Counted from the whole stretch's first letter, positions 37,836 to 50,708 are shown. The stretch is 63,070 nucleotides of DNA, filler included, from Olpidium bornovanus S191 (GCA_017911155.1; 31 parts of 31 records of this genome joined end to end with filler, not necessarily neighbours in it), one strand, 5' to 3'. Notes: generated by a model from the sequence alone, not told the origin. Numbers and translations are program-made.

Positions 37836-39442
37836 NNNNNNNNNNNNNNNNNNNNNNNNNNNNNNNNNNNNNNNNNNNNTTAATTAATTAANNNNNNNNN
37901 NNNNNNNNNNNNNNNNNNNNNNNNNNNNNNNNNNNAACGACGCCGCGAAGCGGACCGGCGGGGCATCCGACGACAGAGACCAAGATTACGAACGGGCCTC
38001 AGCTCCTTCCCCCCCCACCCGTGCCAGCAGCACTAGCGACTATTCCTCTAGCCATGTGAGAATCATTCTCAAGCAGCGCGGAATGTTATTGTTTTTCTGA
38101 AAACAAGTTCTCTACGCGCCAGGGTGAATCAATGTGGAAGTACGAAGATGCCGGATAATCAAATCCTTGCCTCAAAAAATTAGATCGGTCCCGAGAGTTC
38201 GACTAATTTCAGAGTGGAAGGGGAAGAGAGGGGGGGAGGGGGTGGGGGGGGCGTGGAGTGTCGCAACAAAGCCTCCCGGAGCCGACGCATTAAGCCCGGA
38301 AGACGCAGAGCTCGGAGCGAGACGGGAAGCAGGGTTGAACGTTTTTTCTACAAGGTTCCGTGAGGGAGCTGTCACCCCGCTATCTATTTTGACGGAGATT
38401 CGAAAATCGCAGCTCCATGAAGGGGAAACACCTGCGTGTAACCTCTTCTCTCTCTGTGAGAGGGTACTACTTCCTCTACGGTACGTCAAGCCGCGCGGGG
38501 GTACGATTTACGAGGGCAGCGCAGCTTCCTTACGCGGCAATTCCAGATACAAACCGCTTTGGGGAAAACGGCGGCGGTCCAAAGGGAAAGCTCGCAGAAT
38601 TCAGTGGCGGTCCAAAGGGGAAGTTCGCGGGAATACAGCGGCGGCCGCGACCAGAGACAGGAGCTGGGGCGGGTCGGCGGCGGCCACAAAGCTTCCGCTA
38701 CTGGCAGAAACCCGCCGAGGAGGGCGTCCTGTACGACCACGACGATGTAGGGGGCGAAGGGGAGGGGCGCCCGCCACCGGCAGAGTATCATCTCCGGACC
38801 GAGTCAATGTCGTTATCGTCGTCGTCGCGCTCGAGGTTACGACGGAAGTGGTAACGTTCGCAACCAAGAGGGCAGGCCGTCTACCGCGGGAGGCGCAGAT
38901 GGCGCAGGCGCTTTCCCCGAGAGACGCCCCTCGGCCGCCGCCTGGGCGACGAGACGCTGCGGACTTGGGGCGGGCGGCGGCGGAGGCGGTCGCGAGGGAA
39001 GCAGCGGCCGCGGGGACGGGCACGTCTGGGGGCCGGGCGGTTTCTCGGGCGGCACGCGACGCCGAGCCCGTCGTCGGGGCCGCGGCGAGGCGGCGTACGA
39101 GGCGCGCAAAGCCTCATGCCGACCGTCGGTGCCGCCGACTCGCACGGGGGTCCCCCGCGGAGGCGGCGCCCGCCCCCGGCCCCTTCGCCGGCGGTGGTGA
39201 CCCGGGGAGGGGGGGGGGGGCTTCAACTCCCCCCTCTGCTGGCGCCACCGCCCGACGGGGACACCCGCTGTGGCGCGTTGTTCCGCAGGGTGCGGGCGGC
39301 CAAGGAGCTCTCCGCGAGCGCGTGGGGAAGATTTTCCAGCANNNNNNNNNNNNNNNNNNNNNNNNNNNNNNNNNNNNNNNNNNNNTTAATTAATTAANNN
39401 NNNNNNNNNNNNNNNNNNNNNNNNNNNNNNNNNNNNNNNNNC

Positions 39443-40651
39443 ATGACTGTTCACCAGCAGGAGCGCTTGAAAAACCACATTTCCCGGCTGTCGCAGCTTA
39501 CGAACAGCCGCTCGAACGAAAACAAGCTCCAGCGGCTGGAGCAGGCGCTCGGCCAGAGCCAGAGCGAGAACCAGCGGCTGCTCGCGCGGGTTCGCCAGCT
39601 GGAGCGGGCGCAGGAGATCGCCAACTTCGCAGTTGCAGGGCAGCCGGCGGCGTCGGGACAGGCAGGCGGCAGGGACGCGGACCCGAGCGCGACGGCGATC
39701 ATCGATTGCCTGAAACTGCAGGTGGACCAACTGTCCGGTGAAGCGGAACAGGCCCGCAGGGAACTGCGGACGCTCAACATGCTCCGGCTGGAGGAGTCGG
39801 AGAAAATGCGCCGGTACGAGGCCGCTCTGCAGGAGAGGGAGTCTGAGGTCGAGGAACTCCGCACAGCCAACGCCCACATCTGCTACGAGCTAGACGAGAT
39901 CCGCCTCCAGCAACGTACGAACGAAGACGTGAAGCAGGAGGACGAGGCGTTGCTCGCGCGCGCCGTGGTTGACGTGAGGCACCGCGCGACGCAGACCCCT
40001 GCGCCACCGCAGCGGGAGAGCAGGGCCGCCCAGACCGCCGCTCTCCTCCTCGAGAATTCGGCGTCGCAGACGGATCCTCCCGGCCAGCAGGCCCCGTGCC
40101 GGCAGCAGTGCGCGACCGACGACCCCTTCTTCGTCGCTGACCGCCGCGAAGCTCGAAGGAGCGCGGACGACGGGGAAGATCCGGAGGTAAAAATCCCAAC
40201 GAGCCCGTTACCGCAGCAGCAAGCCCACGCCGTCGGCCGCTGCACCAACGATCTTGGTAACGCCGCCCACGGGGAGGGGTGGAATTCGGAAGTGGACGTC
40301 TCGATGGACGTCGGAGACAGCGACGAAGACTTGTACGTTTACGAGGACCGGGGGGAGCTGAAAGAGAACAAGGGTTCGCCGGACGGCACCCCGCTCCCGC
40401 TCCCGCCCCCGCCCATAAGGGGCGGGAGCCCGCACCCACGCAAGTTTGGATCCGGCAGTTCACACCCGAGGAAGCTCCTTGTGCGGTCCGCCTCTCCGTC
40501 CGGCGCCGCGTCCCGACGGCCACCCCCGCCACCACTACCAGGGCCAGCGGAGCCCAACGCCGCGGGCACAACCGACCAACCAGTCAAGCAAAAACCTAAG
40601 CAGCTCTACATACGACGGGAGGACGTCCGGAACAACTGTAACCAGCAATAG
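39443..40651 (+). CDS. Coiled-coil protein with a disordered Pro-rich C-terminus, partial
   Basis: A 402-aa uninterrupted frame with heptad-rich E/Q/R/L segments. No family recognised. Confidence 0.6.
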   Translation: MTVHQQERLKNHISRLSQLTNSRSNENKLQRLEQALGQSQSENQRLLARVRQLERAQEIANFAVAGQPAASGQAGGRDADPSATAIIDCLKLQVDQLSGEAEQARRELRTLNMLRLEESEKMRRYEAALQERESEVEELRTANAHICYELDEIRLQQRTNEDVKQEDEALLARAVVDVRHRATQTPAPPQRESRAAQTAALLLENSASQTDPPGQQAPCRQQCATDDPFFVADRREARRSADDGEDPEVKIPTSPLPQQQAHAVGRCTNDLGNAAHGEGWNSEVDVSMDVGDSDEDLYVYEDRGELKENKGSPDGTPLPLPPPPIRGGSPHPRKFGSGSSHPRKLLVRSASPSGAASRRPPPPPLPGPAEPNAAGTTDQPVKQKPKQLYIRREDVRNNCNQQ

Positions 40652-40939
40652 AGGCATACTAGCAACACTCCCCCTCCTTCCCTATCCTATCCTATCTAAT
40701 TACTTCCTTACCATTGGACATGCGAGCTGCGCCTGCTCTTCCAACCAGAAGCCGTAGGAGATATTGGCCGGTTGAGCGCCGCCGAACGGGATCCTGGGCG
40801 GGCGATACCGAGTAGCTCTATTTGCCTTTCCAACTCCAANNNNNNNNNNNNNNNNNNNNNNNNNNNNNNNNNNNNNNNNNNNNTTAATTAATTAANNNNN
40901 NNNNNNNNNNNNNNNNNNNNNNNNNNNNNNNNNNNNNNN

Positions 40940-42554
40940 ACCATGACAGAATCGCCAGTATTGCCTCTTCTGCGAGTCGATTGCCATCGGAACGGCCTGC
41001 AGCGGCCCAACTGACCCAGGCTCTCCGAGTTCCCCGCTGGAACCGTCCTTGCCCTTTCGCAGCCCCTTTGCTTCGCTGTCCAGGTAGCCGTGGATGGCAT
41101 CGGCCTCAGTCAGCTGCCACTCGCATAGAGAATGCAGTATGATGACCTTGAGATTATATGAACAGCGTTAGAAACTAGTCGGCGAGAGGAGCTTACATCT
41201 TGGATCTCCCGCACTCGCGACACCTTGTGATGCAGATTAATTTCAGCATATTGGAAGCCTGCAGCTTTCACCGGATTTAACAGCAGCGGGAACGAGTTGG
41301 TTTTTATTTTCGCGTCGATTGCCTCTGAAAGATGACGCCGCCAGTCGGCCACCCTATAGCTGCCCAAAAGCCGAGCGCTCGTCAAATCGCAGTGAACAGG
41401 ACACAGCTTGCGAAAGCACACCGACGTCGCGGGACATACTCCATCTGGTTCTTCCGTCCGAGTAGATTAGAGACAAAGGCGCAATGGATCTTGGCAATCA
41501 GCTCGTCGCCAGCGACAGTATCAGAAGAATCCGCGTCTGAGTCGGGACCGACAAGAGCGACCTCCAGGTCCATGGAGTCGACGTTCCCGACATCGCCACC
41601 AAGAAATCTGCGAAACGCCGCACAGAACCCGACGACGAAGGCCAGTTCCCACATGTCCCTGATCGCTGACAGCTTCTCGTCACGAGCGACGGCCCGAGAT
41701 AACCGCACCGCGGGGTTTTCGTAGGGTGCTTCGGGGACCTCGTCTTCAACTTCCTCCTCGTCCTCCTCGTCCTCCTCGTCCTCCTCGTCCTCCTTTTCCT
41801 TCTCGCCCTCCTCTACGATCTCGGCCTCGTCCTTGTCCTCGCCCTCCTGGTCCTTTTCTCTCTCCGCGACCACCACGGGTTCATCGACTCGACTTTTTGG
41901 TTCGCCGTTTAAACTGGCACGCTCCTTCGCCGCGTTTCTTCGCTGCTCAACTGCCGCATCATAAATTGCGTGCATGCCATTCCTTGCTGTGTTTTCCGTC
42001 TCAACCCCTTGATCGGTTGGCCCCTCCGCATCAGCCGCTTTCTGGCACGCGGACGCGACGCCTTTCTCCGGCGGAAGGACCGCCGGTCTCCTCCCTCCCC
42101 CGGCGGCCTTCTTCCGCTTCGTGGACCCGCTGGAGCGGCCATTCGCGCAGCAGCCGCTGCCGCCGGGGCGCTTCGCGGCGCGGCGGCGGTCGGGACTTCC
42201 TCCCGGCTTCCGGTCGGAAACCGACAACAAGGACGGCACGGATGAAAGGGACGAGTTGGACGACCAGCAGCTGTCATAGCTGAGCGTCGACGCGTCGTCG
42301 GCCGACTTTTCGCCGCGCGTCTGCTCCTCCTCCGCCTCCGCGTCCCCGCAAGCGGCATCAGTTTGCCGGGCTCGGCCGCCGGCGCGGCCAGGCCGTAGCA
42401 ACGGGGCTGACGCTCGGCGCGAGTCCGCGGGTTCAGCGCTCGGGCGTGGAGATCGAGCTGGCGGCCCTCGCCCTCGTCCTCTGCCGCGTCCGCGGCTGCG
42501 TCGGCGTCGTCCTCGTCCTGCTCCTTCTCCTGCTCCTGCTCCTGCATACTCCAT
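40940..42554 (-). CDS. DDT/WHIM-type chromatin protein (RSF1/CECR2-like ISWI partner), 5' part
   Basis: Acidic tract, then IRDMWELAFVVGFCAAF...LEVAL...LIAKIH (DDT-like), KVIILHSLCEWQL (WHIM1-like) and PMAIDSQKRQYWRF (WSD-like PxGxD...YW.F). Confidence 0.65.
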
Positions 42555-43591
42555 ACCGCCTGCCAACGTGTTGGGACCGCCGCGGGGGAGGGGGCGCTGC
42601 GACGCTGACGGAGACAAAACTTTCGCCAATTGCAAAATTTTCCTGCGCAACCGCCGCCGCCAGACGCCTCCGCCCGCCGTCCGGTTCTCCGTGTGACGGA
42701 CTCCGCCCACAAACCGGAGCGCGCCTACGACGGTCTCGTGCTGCGGAACCGTGATGGTGTCAAGATTTGTTACATGCAGAGCAATTCACGCATTCCGGGC
42801 ATGGTGGCATCAAAACCAGATGCGGGTTTTCCAGAGCGTTTATGATATTTATTGCACACGCGAGGCGTGCATGTGCAACTTGTCCACACGTCGTTGGTTG
42901 TTGGCAATGGCCTACAAATGAGCAATGTGGGGGTCGTGGTCTTTGATGGTCTCTCGCAATTGTCCGCGAATTCCATCCAAAGCCGACCCGTGCGCTATTC
43001 ACGACGACAAAATTACACTGCAACGAGGAGTCGATTGATGCAGAAGTGACCAATTGCACCCTGCCGACAGATGCTCTCGTCAAACTTCCCAACGCGCCGG
43101 AAATAGTAGAAACAAGCAGAGAGGCGGGGTCAATGCCGTAAGTAACGCGTTGACGTTTTGATGTGTTTCGCGCTATCGGGCATTGCCGCACGCGTTATTG
43201 GTTTTTTCCATCTTTTTTTTTTTTTTTTTTTTTTTTTCAACGAACATCAAGGTGAAAACGGAATTCTCTCATCCTCGTCCTCTTCGTCCGTCCTCTTTCC
43301 CGACCGGCTCCTCCGCCGGCCGTGTCTGTGAATGCTTCTTTGGTTGCCGGGCGGTGTTTGTTTGTTCTTCGTGGAACGGGACGGCGGACGACGAGGAGGG
43401 AGGAGCAGAGAACCTTCGCGCCCTACCGGCGAAGAAAATAAAATAAAAAAAACGGAAGCGGGGAAAGCCGCTCCCAATCCCCACACACTCCCCATTCCCC
43501 GCTGCTCCCCCACCTCCGACGGGCAAGAAAGCGTAGCGGGGCAGCTGGCCCGCCTGCCAGGCGTCAAGCACAACCCCACCCCACCCCGACC

Positions 43592-44526
43592 ATGGTCCTC
43601 GTCAAGGAGTACCGCGTGGTGAGAGGGGCGGAGGAGGGGACGGCCTGCACGCGCAGGGGGAGAGGGGGGTGTGGGGCGGGCGGAGGGTGTGGAGAGAGAG
43701 AGAAAGAAAGAGAGACAGAGGAGATCAGAGACAAACAGACTGAGCGTGCGAGAGAGGCGCAGTGAGAGAATGAGCGACAGGGAGAAAAACAGAGCAGAGA
43801 GACAGCGAGAGATGCGAAAGTGCAAGAAAAAAAACAGTGGGGGGGAGCGGGAATGAGCGGCAGGAGCGTGGCTGCCGGGCGGCACCGTGGCCCTTGCTGC
43901 TGGTTGGTGTGCCAGAGGAACGGAGCATGCCACGTCCCGGGATCTTTACCTCTAATCTTTCGTTGAATATGTCTTTGGTGGTGTCCTGAGGCCACTGGAC
44001 AAAGCAGCCCGTGCCTTTCTTCCTCGGGCTTCAGATTCTGATCTCGTTCACCGCTTTGGCCACTTCGCTCTTTCGGGGGAATAGCCGGTTAATTGCACGC
44101 GCGCCGAGTACCAGATCGCCCAGCTTTATGCCGTCGCCGAGGCGTCAAAGCAGGAGACTGGGGGCGGAGAGGGCGTGGAGGTCTTGGCCAACGAGCCGTA
44201 CGAGGACGAGCAAGGGAACAAGGGCCAGTACACTCACAAAGTTCGCACGCATTTCGAGGTTTTCCCGACGGTGAAAAGAAAAGAATTGTCCATCTCCATC
44301 TAACAGACTTTGCTAGCTAACATGCTCGTAACATTCTGTTTTAAGGTTTACCACTTGAGCAGGTGACTGATACGCTTTCTGACAGTATTGCGTGGGAGCC
44401 GCCATCTAATGGCATTCGGCACTACCTCCCTCAGCAAAGTGCCAGCGTTGATTCGCATGCTGGCGCCAACTGGCGCCCTCGAGCTCCACGAGAAGGCCTG
44501 GAATGCGTTTCCCAACTGCAAAACAG
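43592..44526 (+). CDS. PITP: Class I phosphatidylinositol transfer protein (PITP-alpha/beta type), 5' exons
   Basis: MVLVKEYRV/...[32 protein letters not shown]...[11 protein letters not shown]/...[25 protein letters not shown], near-identical in pattern to animal PITPNA/B. Confidence 0.93.
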
Positions 44527-44746
44527 GTAGTGGAGTTCACTGCAGTCCGGGCCGTTGGAAATACCGGATGCACCCTCGCCTTTGCTAACCGAGAGAGTGC
44601 TTCTTCTTGGGACCACCCCGTTTTCTAGTCTTGACTGTGAGTCATGNNNNNNNNNNNNNNNNNNNNNNNNNNNNNNNNNNNNNNNNNNNNTTAATTAATT
44701 AANNNNNNNNNNNNNNNNNNNNNNNNNNNNNNNNNNNNNNNNNNNN

Positions 44747-45297
44747 CCCCCCCCCCCCCCCCCCCCCCCTCCTCCTCCCTGCCCGCATACCCTCCCTCCC
44801 CAGCTCCTCGTCGTCGTCCTCGTATTCGTCCTCGTCATCGTCGACGGTGGCCTCCACTTCAATGAAAGGATTATACGCCCTCCTCGCCTTCTTCTTGCGT
44901 GGCTCGTCCTCGTCCTCGTCTTCCTCGTCCTCCTCTTCGTCGCCTTCCTCGTCGTCCTCGTCTTCGGAGTCCTGTGCGCACCGCAACGCCCAAGCAGGCA
45001 TCTCAGGAAAGCAAGGTCTCGCCGAGGACGACGAAAGACCTGGCAGATATGCGCGACATTGCCAGAACAAAATAGACGCACGGGAGCTTTCCGCTTTGAC
45101 CTCCTCCTCGCAGGCCGGCTGACGTCCTCCTCTCCGTCCCCATCGTCCTCGTCGTCCTCCTCGTTTCCCCCGGCCCCGTCCTCCTCGTCTTCCTCTTCCG
45201 CCGCCTCCCCGGCCACCGCCTCCTCGTCCTCGGCCGCCTCCTCTGCGGGCGCGCCAAGGTTTCTGCCGTCAAACTCGTTCTCGCTGTCAGACGACAT
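44747..45297 (-). CDS. SPT5: Acidic N-terminus of a probable transcription elongation factor Spt5
   Basis: D/E-rich N-terminus, then KKKARRAYNPFIEVEATVDDDEDEYE resembling the Spt5 N-terminal (N.FIDVEAEVD) motif. The NGN and KOW domains are not visible. Confidence 0.6.
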
Positions 45298-45681
45298 GGC
45301 GCTGGAAGCTTCGTTCGGCGTGGTAGACGGGCGGTCGGGGAGGTTTTTTTTTGGGGGGGGGGGAGAGGTGGAGGAGGCATCTCCCCCACCCCGCAGTGAG
45401 CGTGTCACGTGACGCCGAAAGCAGCCTTGGAAGGGCGGTCCCCCTTCCCCACTCCATCCGCCGCGCGCTCCGCAGCCGGAGAGCGGTTTGAAGGCGGGGC
45501 GGGGCGGGGCTGTGGAAGCGCGGCCCGATGTCACGCCTTCCAGCACGTAACTCCGACAGCACCGCAATATCAAGAATCTCACGCTCCTGTGCTTTCATAA
45601 ACGGCATGTTCCCTGCAAGCGACGACTCAATCCTACGTTATTAGGCTTCCCACGCTTCTAGCTCTCCAATCTCCGAGTTCT

Positions 45682-46736
45682 ATGCAGCACGGGCAACACG
45701 GATCGCGGGCTTTTCTATTCTTTGCCTTCCCTTTCTTAGCGCAGCTGATGACGTGCCAGCGTGATCGTTACTGTGAGAGCAGCGTCACGCTGACAAGCGG
45801 TGCTCCTCGGTTTGTCATCGTCAACGTTTATCAACAGCACATCACAGGTCGCGGGCTTTTCGGAGTGTCTCCCCAGCATTGGTCGCATTGGGGCCGAGTT
45901 CCTTGTCGATGCGGAGGATCTGGTTGTATCATGCATGGCGTTAGGAACATCACGGGTCATTAGTCTTAATCGCCCGGTGCGAAGACCAACGACAAGGTCT
46001 GTAGTTGCAACAATTGGTTCTATCAATGCAGTGCTAACAAGCACATTGTGGACAGGGAATTGGAGCAACATAACTGGCGAGTCACGCACCTGCGATAAGA
46101 GTATACTGTACAAGCAAAATGGTCGGATTCTGGCTGAGTACGATATAGCAGATAAGGATTGCTAAGAATTTAACGAACTTCAGCTTCTCCGAAGCGGTGA
46201 GCGGCCATAGTTAGCCACAAGCATTGGGCAGTTTTGACGCTGATCAGACGTTTCAATACAATTAAAGTGAATTAAGAACGAACCAACAAATTTGATGCGA
46301 TTCACAACGAAGCACGTGTACTCAAGATTGTACGCTTACGCCTTAATGGACTCCGATACAGATCCGATCTGGTTGACTTTGCGATGTAACGCATTACTAC
46401 GGCTACCTGATCCGAGCCGGATTGGTAACGGCGATGTTGTCGCCAACGATCTGGCAATTGGCCCAGAAAATCAAGGTTCATAGTCGTCCTGATCTACAGA
46501 GTCCTCAGTAAAATCGATACCAAACTTGTCTACGAAGCTCATGCAGAGACTTGTGCGCTGGCCGGCGGGTAGACACTTGGACGCGTGGGGATTTGGGTTT
46601 TTGAAATCAAGGTCGCATGATCCATTCTTAAAGAACTCGGATGCAGCGACGTCCATTCTTATTCTGACCCTGCCAATGTAACCGGCCTTGCCGATGGCGC
46701 TTTTGCGAAGCTTCAGGCCCTCACGTGTGTTCTGAA
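45682..46736 (+). CDS. Possible secreted or surface leucine-rich-repeat protein, 5' part, multi-exon
   Basis: A signal-like N-terminus (RAFLFFAFPFLAQLMTC), Cys-containing segments, and LRR-like pieces (RVLKIVRLRLNGL; NVTGLADGAFAKLQALT). Exon structure unresolved. Confidence 0.35.
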
Positions 46737-47890
46737 NNNNNNNNNNNNNNNNNNNNNNNNNNNNNNNNNNNNNNNNNNNNTTAATTAATTAANNNNNNNN
46801 NNNNNNNNNNNNNNNNNNNNNNNNNNNNNNNNNNNNAACGTATCTCCGCACGCGGGGAAACACATAACCTAACATATACCGTGCAATGGAAGCTTACCAC
46901 GTAGCAGTAAGTGCAAACTGACAATTGTACACATTACCGCCGGACCCTCAGACCATGTTGCATCAGTCTGTCTGCCCGTTAGCGGCTTTCCCTGTGGTTA
47001 AAAAGATATTCTTTCCGTTGTGAAAGCCATTTGCAAAGGTTCCACGATTTTTTTTTTCCGCAGATGATGGTGCAGTGGGTGCTGTGAGATCAAAGTCAAG
47101 GGCAAGGTAGCCACACCATGGCACCTCTACTATGCAATAGCATTTTGGCAAACAGTGGTGTCAACCTTCCCAACCATCCGGCGCAATTTACCTACTTGCG
47201 ATGGTTCGCACAGATGCCTCCAGGTCCATCAGCATGATTTTACTCGGCGGGAATAAATACATTATCACACTCACTGAGCACCCCTCGTGCCGTGCCAACG
47301 TCTCCTTTGTAGGTGCTTTTGGAGTGAAGTAATTCACTACGTCGCGGGCCATTATGTCGCCCAGGCCGCAAGCTAGACTCCTGCGCCGCGACCAAGGGCC
47401 TAACTACATGTATCCCTTTAGCCATCTACTTCTCGCCCCTAGAAATCCAGCGTCAGCCGTCATTGGCATAGCGTAACATATCCGTCGAACCATCAAAGGC
47501 CGTGTGCGCGCAATTCTCTATGAATGCAATCTCTCCACAAAGCCGTGCGCCGAAAAATGCACGGACTTGGCGCGCTGTATTTCACTAAAAGCTTGCGGTC
47601 GGGCAGCTTACGAAGTAAGAGATCAGGGAAGCCGGGCCCAAGAAGGAGCGGGGAAGGGGGGATTCTAAGGCGGCAAACAGCAGCGAACGCGCCCTTTCCT
47701 CTCGCGGGGCCCCTCTGCGGCCCCGCCAGCCCGCCCCTGCTCCCCCCGATGCCCTCGCCCCTTCCCCCCTGGCCCGTACCGGTGCCTCCCCCTCCCCCGT
47801 TTTCTTTTCTTTTTTCTTTTTTTTTTTCGGGCGGGAGAACGGGGGAAGGGGGGACACACCCCCGGACACCGGACCCTCCCCCCGCCCCCG

Positions 47891-47978
<88 letters not shown>

Positions 47979-48082
47979 CTCCNNNNNNNNNNNNNNNNNN
48001 NNNNNNNNNNNNNNNNNNNNNNNNNNTTAATTAATTAANNNNNNNNNNNNNNNNNNNNNNNNNNNNNNNNNNNNNNNNNNNN

Positions 48083-48510
48083 CATGTTCCGCCGGACAGG
48101 AAGGGAAATCTGAAGGCGTTGTTTTTTTAGACGAGCGGACAAGCTTGATGACAGGTCAGTGAAAATCTGAGCGGCAAGCTTGATGACAGGTCAGTGAAAA
48201 CCCGAGCGAACAAGCTTGATGACAGGTCAGTAAAAGTAAATCTGAGCAGGTCAGTGAAAGTCTGCGCTAACTTTCCAGCAAATGTTCCGCCTGTCAGGTC
48301 AGTGAAAGTCTGCGCTAACTTCCCAGCAAATGTTCCGCCGGACAGGAAAGAAAATCTGAAGGCGTTATTTTTTCAGACGAGCGGACAAGCTTGATGACAG
48401 GTCAGTGAAAATCTGAATTTAAAGGCGTTATTTGTCAGACGCTAACACACTATTCGGACAAGCTTGATGACAGGTCAGTGAAAATCTGAGCGGACAAGGC
48501 GCTAACGCCT
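48083..48510 (+). repeat. Complex tandem array built from CAAGCTTGATGACAGGTCAGT(G/A)AAA and AAATGTTCCGCC modules
   Basis: Five CAAGCTTGATGACAGGTCAGT copies (three consecutive at ~35-36-bp spacing), extra CAGGTCAGTGAAAG copies, and a duplicated GTCTGCGCTAACTT(T/C)CCAGCAAATGTTCCGCC. Confidence 0.9.
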
Positions 48511-49181
48511 TATTCCCGCTGACAGCATGTTGCATCCCAGATTCGGGGTCTGAAAAGTTGTCCGGTGCCGCCGCGGGAGTCAGTTGCGCACGACCCCCCC
48601 TCCAATCACCCGAGCCATGCATTGTTTGCCCGAGAAAGGTCATAATCACACATGAAAAATTTGCTGCAGGAGTCTCCTGTCGTTTCCTGGTGTGCTGCAA
48701 GCGGCAGCTGTTTTCCGAAATCCCATATGGAAAGGCGGGGTTTCTCTGTTTTCCTTTGACGTAAGGGAGACGGATCAAGCGGCACTGAGTAAGAAACGGT
48801 TGGTGCCGTTTACGATTGTAAATATCAGCCCAGTTAACCTCAAGAGAACGTATGGCCGCGGGAGGAGGAGAACCAAACCAAAAATAACCTCAACCGCGCG
48901 CGCCGCGCCTCTTCTTCCTCCTCTTCTCTCTCCCGCGCCGCTTCCCCTTTCCCCACGCACACGCGCACACGCACCTTCCCTTCCCCCCCTCCGCGCGGAA
49001 GTGACAGAGTGAGAGAGAACACCCCCCTCCCGCAGGGGAAAGAGAATGGAGATGATTGATGACGGCCGCCGCCACTTTCCGCCGCCCCCGCTTCCCCGCG
49101 CCGCCCTCCCTCGCCCTTTTCGCAGTGCGTGCGTGCGTGCGTATGCGTGCGCCCCCGCGCGTTCGAAAACCCCCCCCTCCC

Positions 49182-49228
<47 letters not shown>

Positions 49229-50708
49229 CGCGCCCCGGGNNNNNNNNNNNNNNNNNNNNNNNNNNNNNNNNNNNNNNNNNNNNTTAATTAATTAANNNNN
49301 NNNNNNNNNNNNNNNNNNNNNNNNNNNNNNNNNNNNNNNGCATGTATACATCACACAGGGTAACTCTTACGGCGGTGGAAAGCTCCTGGGGCACGCAAAA
49401 TTCACGTCGTGCCTCACAAGGATCCACAACCGTTTTATTTTTGCGAGCAAGATCAATGCTGGTAGATTGTACATACTAGGCCGTTCAGCAAGTGTGCACG
49501 CGCATACCCAATTAAAAAAAAAATTCCCGGATCTCGGGATCCGGGGGGTTATGTGCGCGCCGTGCCCTTACGGCCTGCCGCCGGGGTTCATCGTGGGAGG
49601 TTTTCACATTCTAGAAGAGTTTCTTCCCATTCACGCGCGGGCGCGCAAGAAGTTTGCCCGGCTCGGCGGGCGGCTCGGCGACGACTTTCCCCCCGATTCG
49701 AAAGCGGCGGGCCGGCGGCAGGACGCTGGCAAGCGCAGGGCGTGTGCGTGCGTGCGGCAAAGCTCTCCGCCGAGGGGCGGCGCGCGCTTTCGTCCCAGGC
49801 GGGCGACCGCAAAAACCGCAAGGGGGCCCGAGGCGGGGAGGGGGGGGCGGGGGGACTGTCGGGCTGGGGTCCTCGCCCAAAAAAAAAAAAATCTGGCGCG
49901 TGCGCCCAGAAATTCCCGATTAGAACGGCCCACATTTTGGAGCCAAACACATCTCCGCCGTAAACTGCCTCGAAAAATTGGCTTGGTCGCGGGGCGGCGG
50001 AGAGCCAACCCGTCGCGGAAAAAGGCAAGTTAGCGTTCTGCTCTGCGCTCCGCGTGGATCTTGCGGGGTACCCCCGGGGCGTTTTGCGCTCTTGGGCTGC
50101 CGGCCAGAATCCGGGCGTGATAGCCGCGGGTCCGCCGACCCCCCTTCCGCGTGCTGCGCCCAGCTGTCGAACCGCGAGGCGGTGGGCGTGACAGTCGGTT
50201 GTTTCCTTTGCCGTATGTCCGTCGACGTTCGTCCGCTTCTCAGTGTCGCGGCCCAGCGCGCGCGCAGCGGCCGGGGGAACGCGGCCGGGCGCCAATCGTG
50301 ATGGTTCCCAAAATAATCTCGACGATTCCTAGAACTCGTGCCGGTCACCGCGCATGTTAATTCAGGCACGGCATCGGCGGCAGATTACACAGGTGGCGCC
50401 AAACTAACAGAGCGAAGTCGCTTGGATCCACGCGAGCCATCGGCAGTGAAGCTGGAAGTTACGCGAGGGTATTTGGAGACAAAAAATCTCTAGTAACGGA
50501 GATATTGTTGTTCCTCCGAGCTGGAGGCCAAGATACCGCGGGCCTTTTGTGAGCTAGGTAACGTGGCCAAGACGCTCGGGGCCGAATACCTGCAGTGAGC
50601 AAGGCGCATCACACCGGGACGAGCAAGACAGGCTGGAAGTTGCCACGTGTCGCGAGTCGGTCTGGCGAAGAACCGGAGAAATTATTTCGCGCTTCAGACA
50701 CTGCTACG

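Noticed and set aside
38134-39341. 419-aa open frame
   Set aside because: Low-complexity Arg/Gly/Ala content expected from GC-rich DNA, with no domain signal.
48083-48510. CRISPR-like or C/D-box snoRNA interpretation of the array (TGATGA...CTGA)
   Set aside because: The intervening sequences are themselves repeated rather than unique spacers, the host is eukaryotic, and the C-to-D distance (~15 nt) is too short for a snoRNA.
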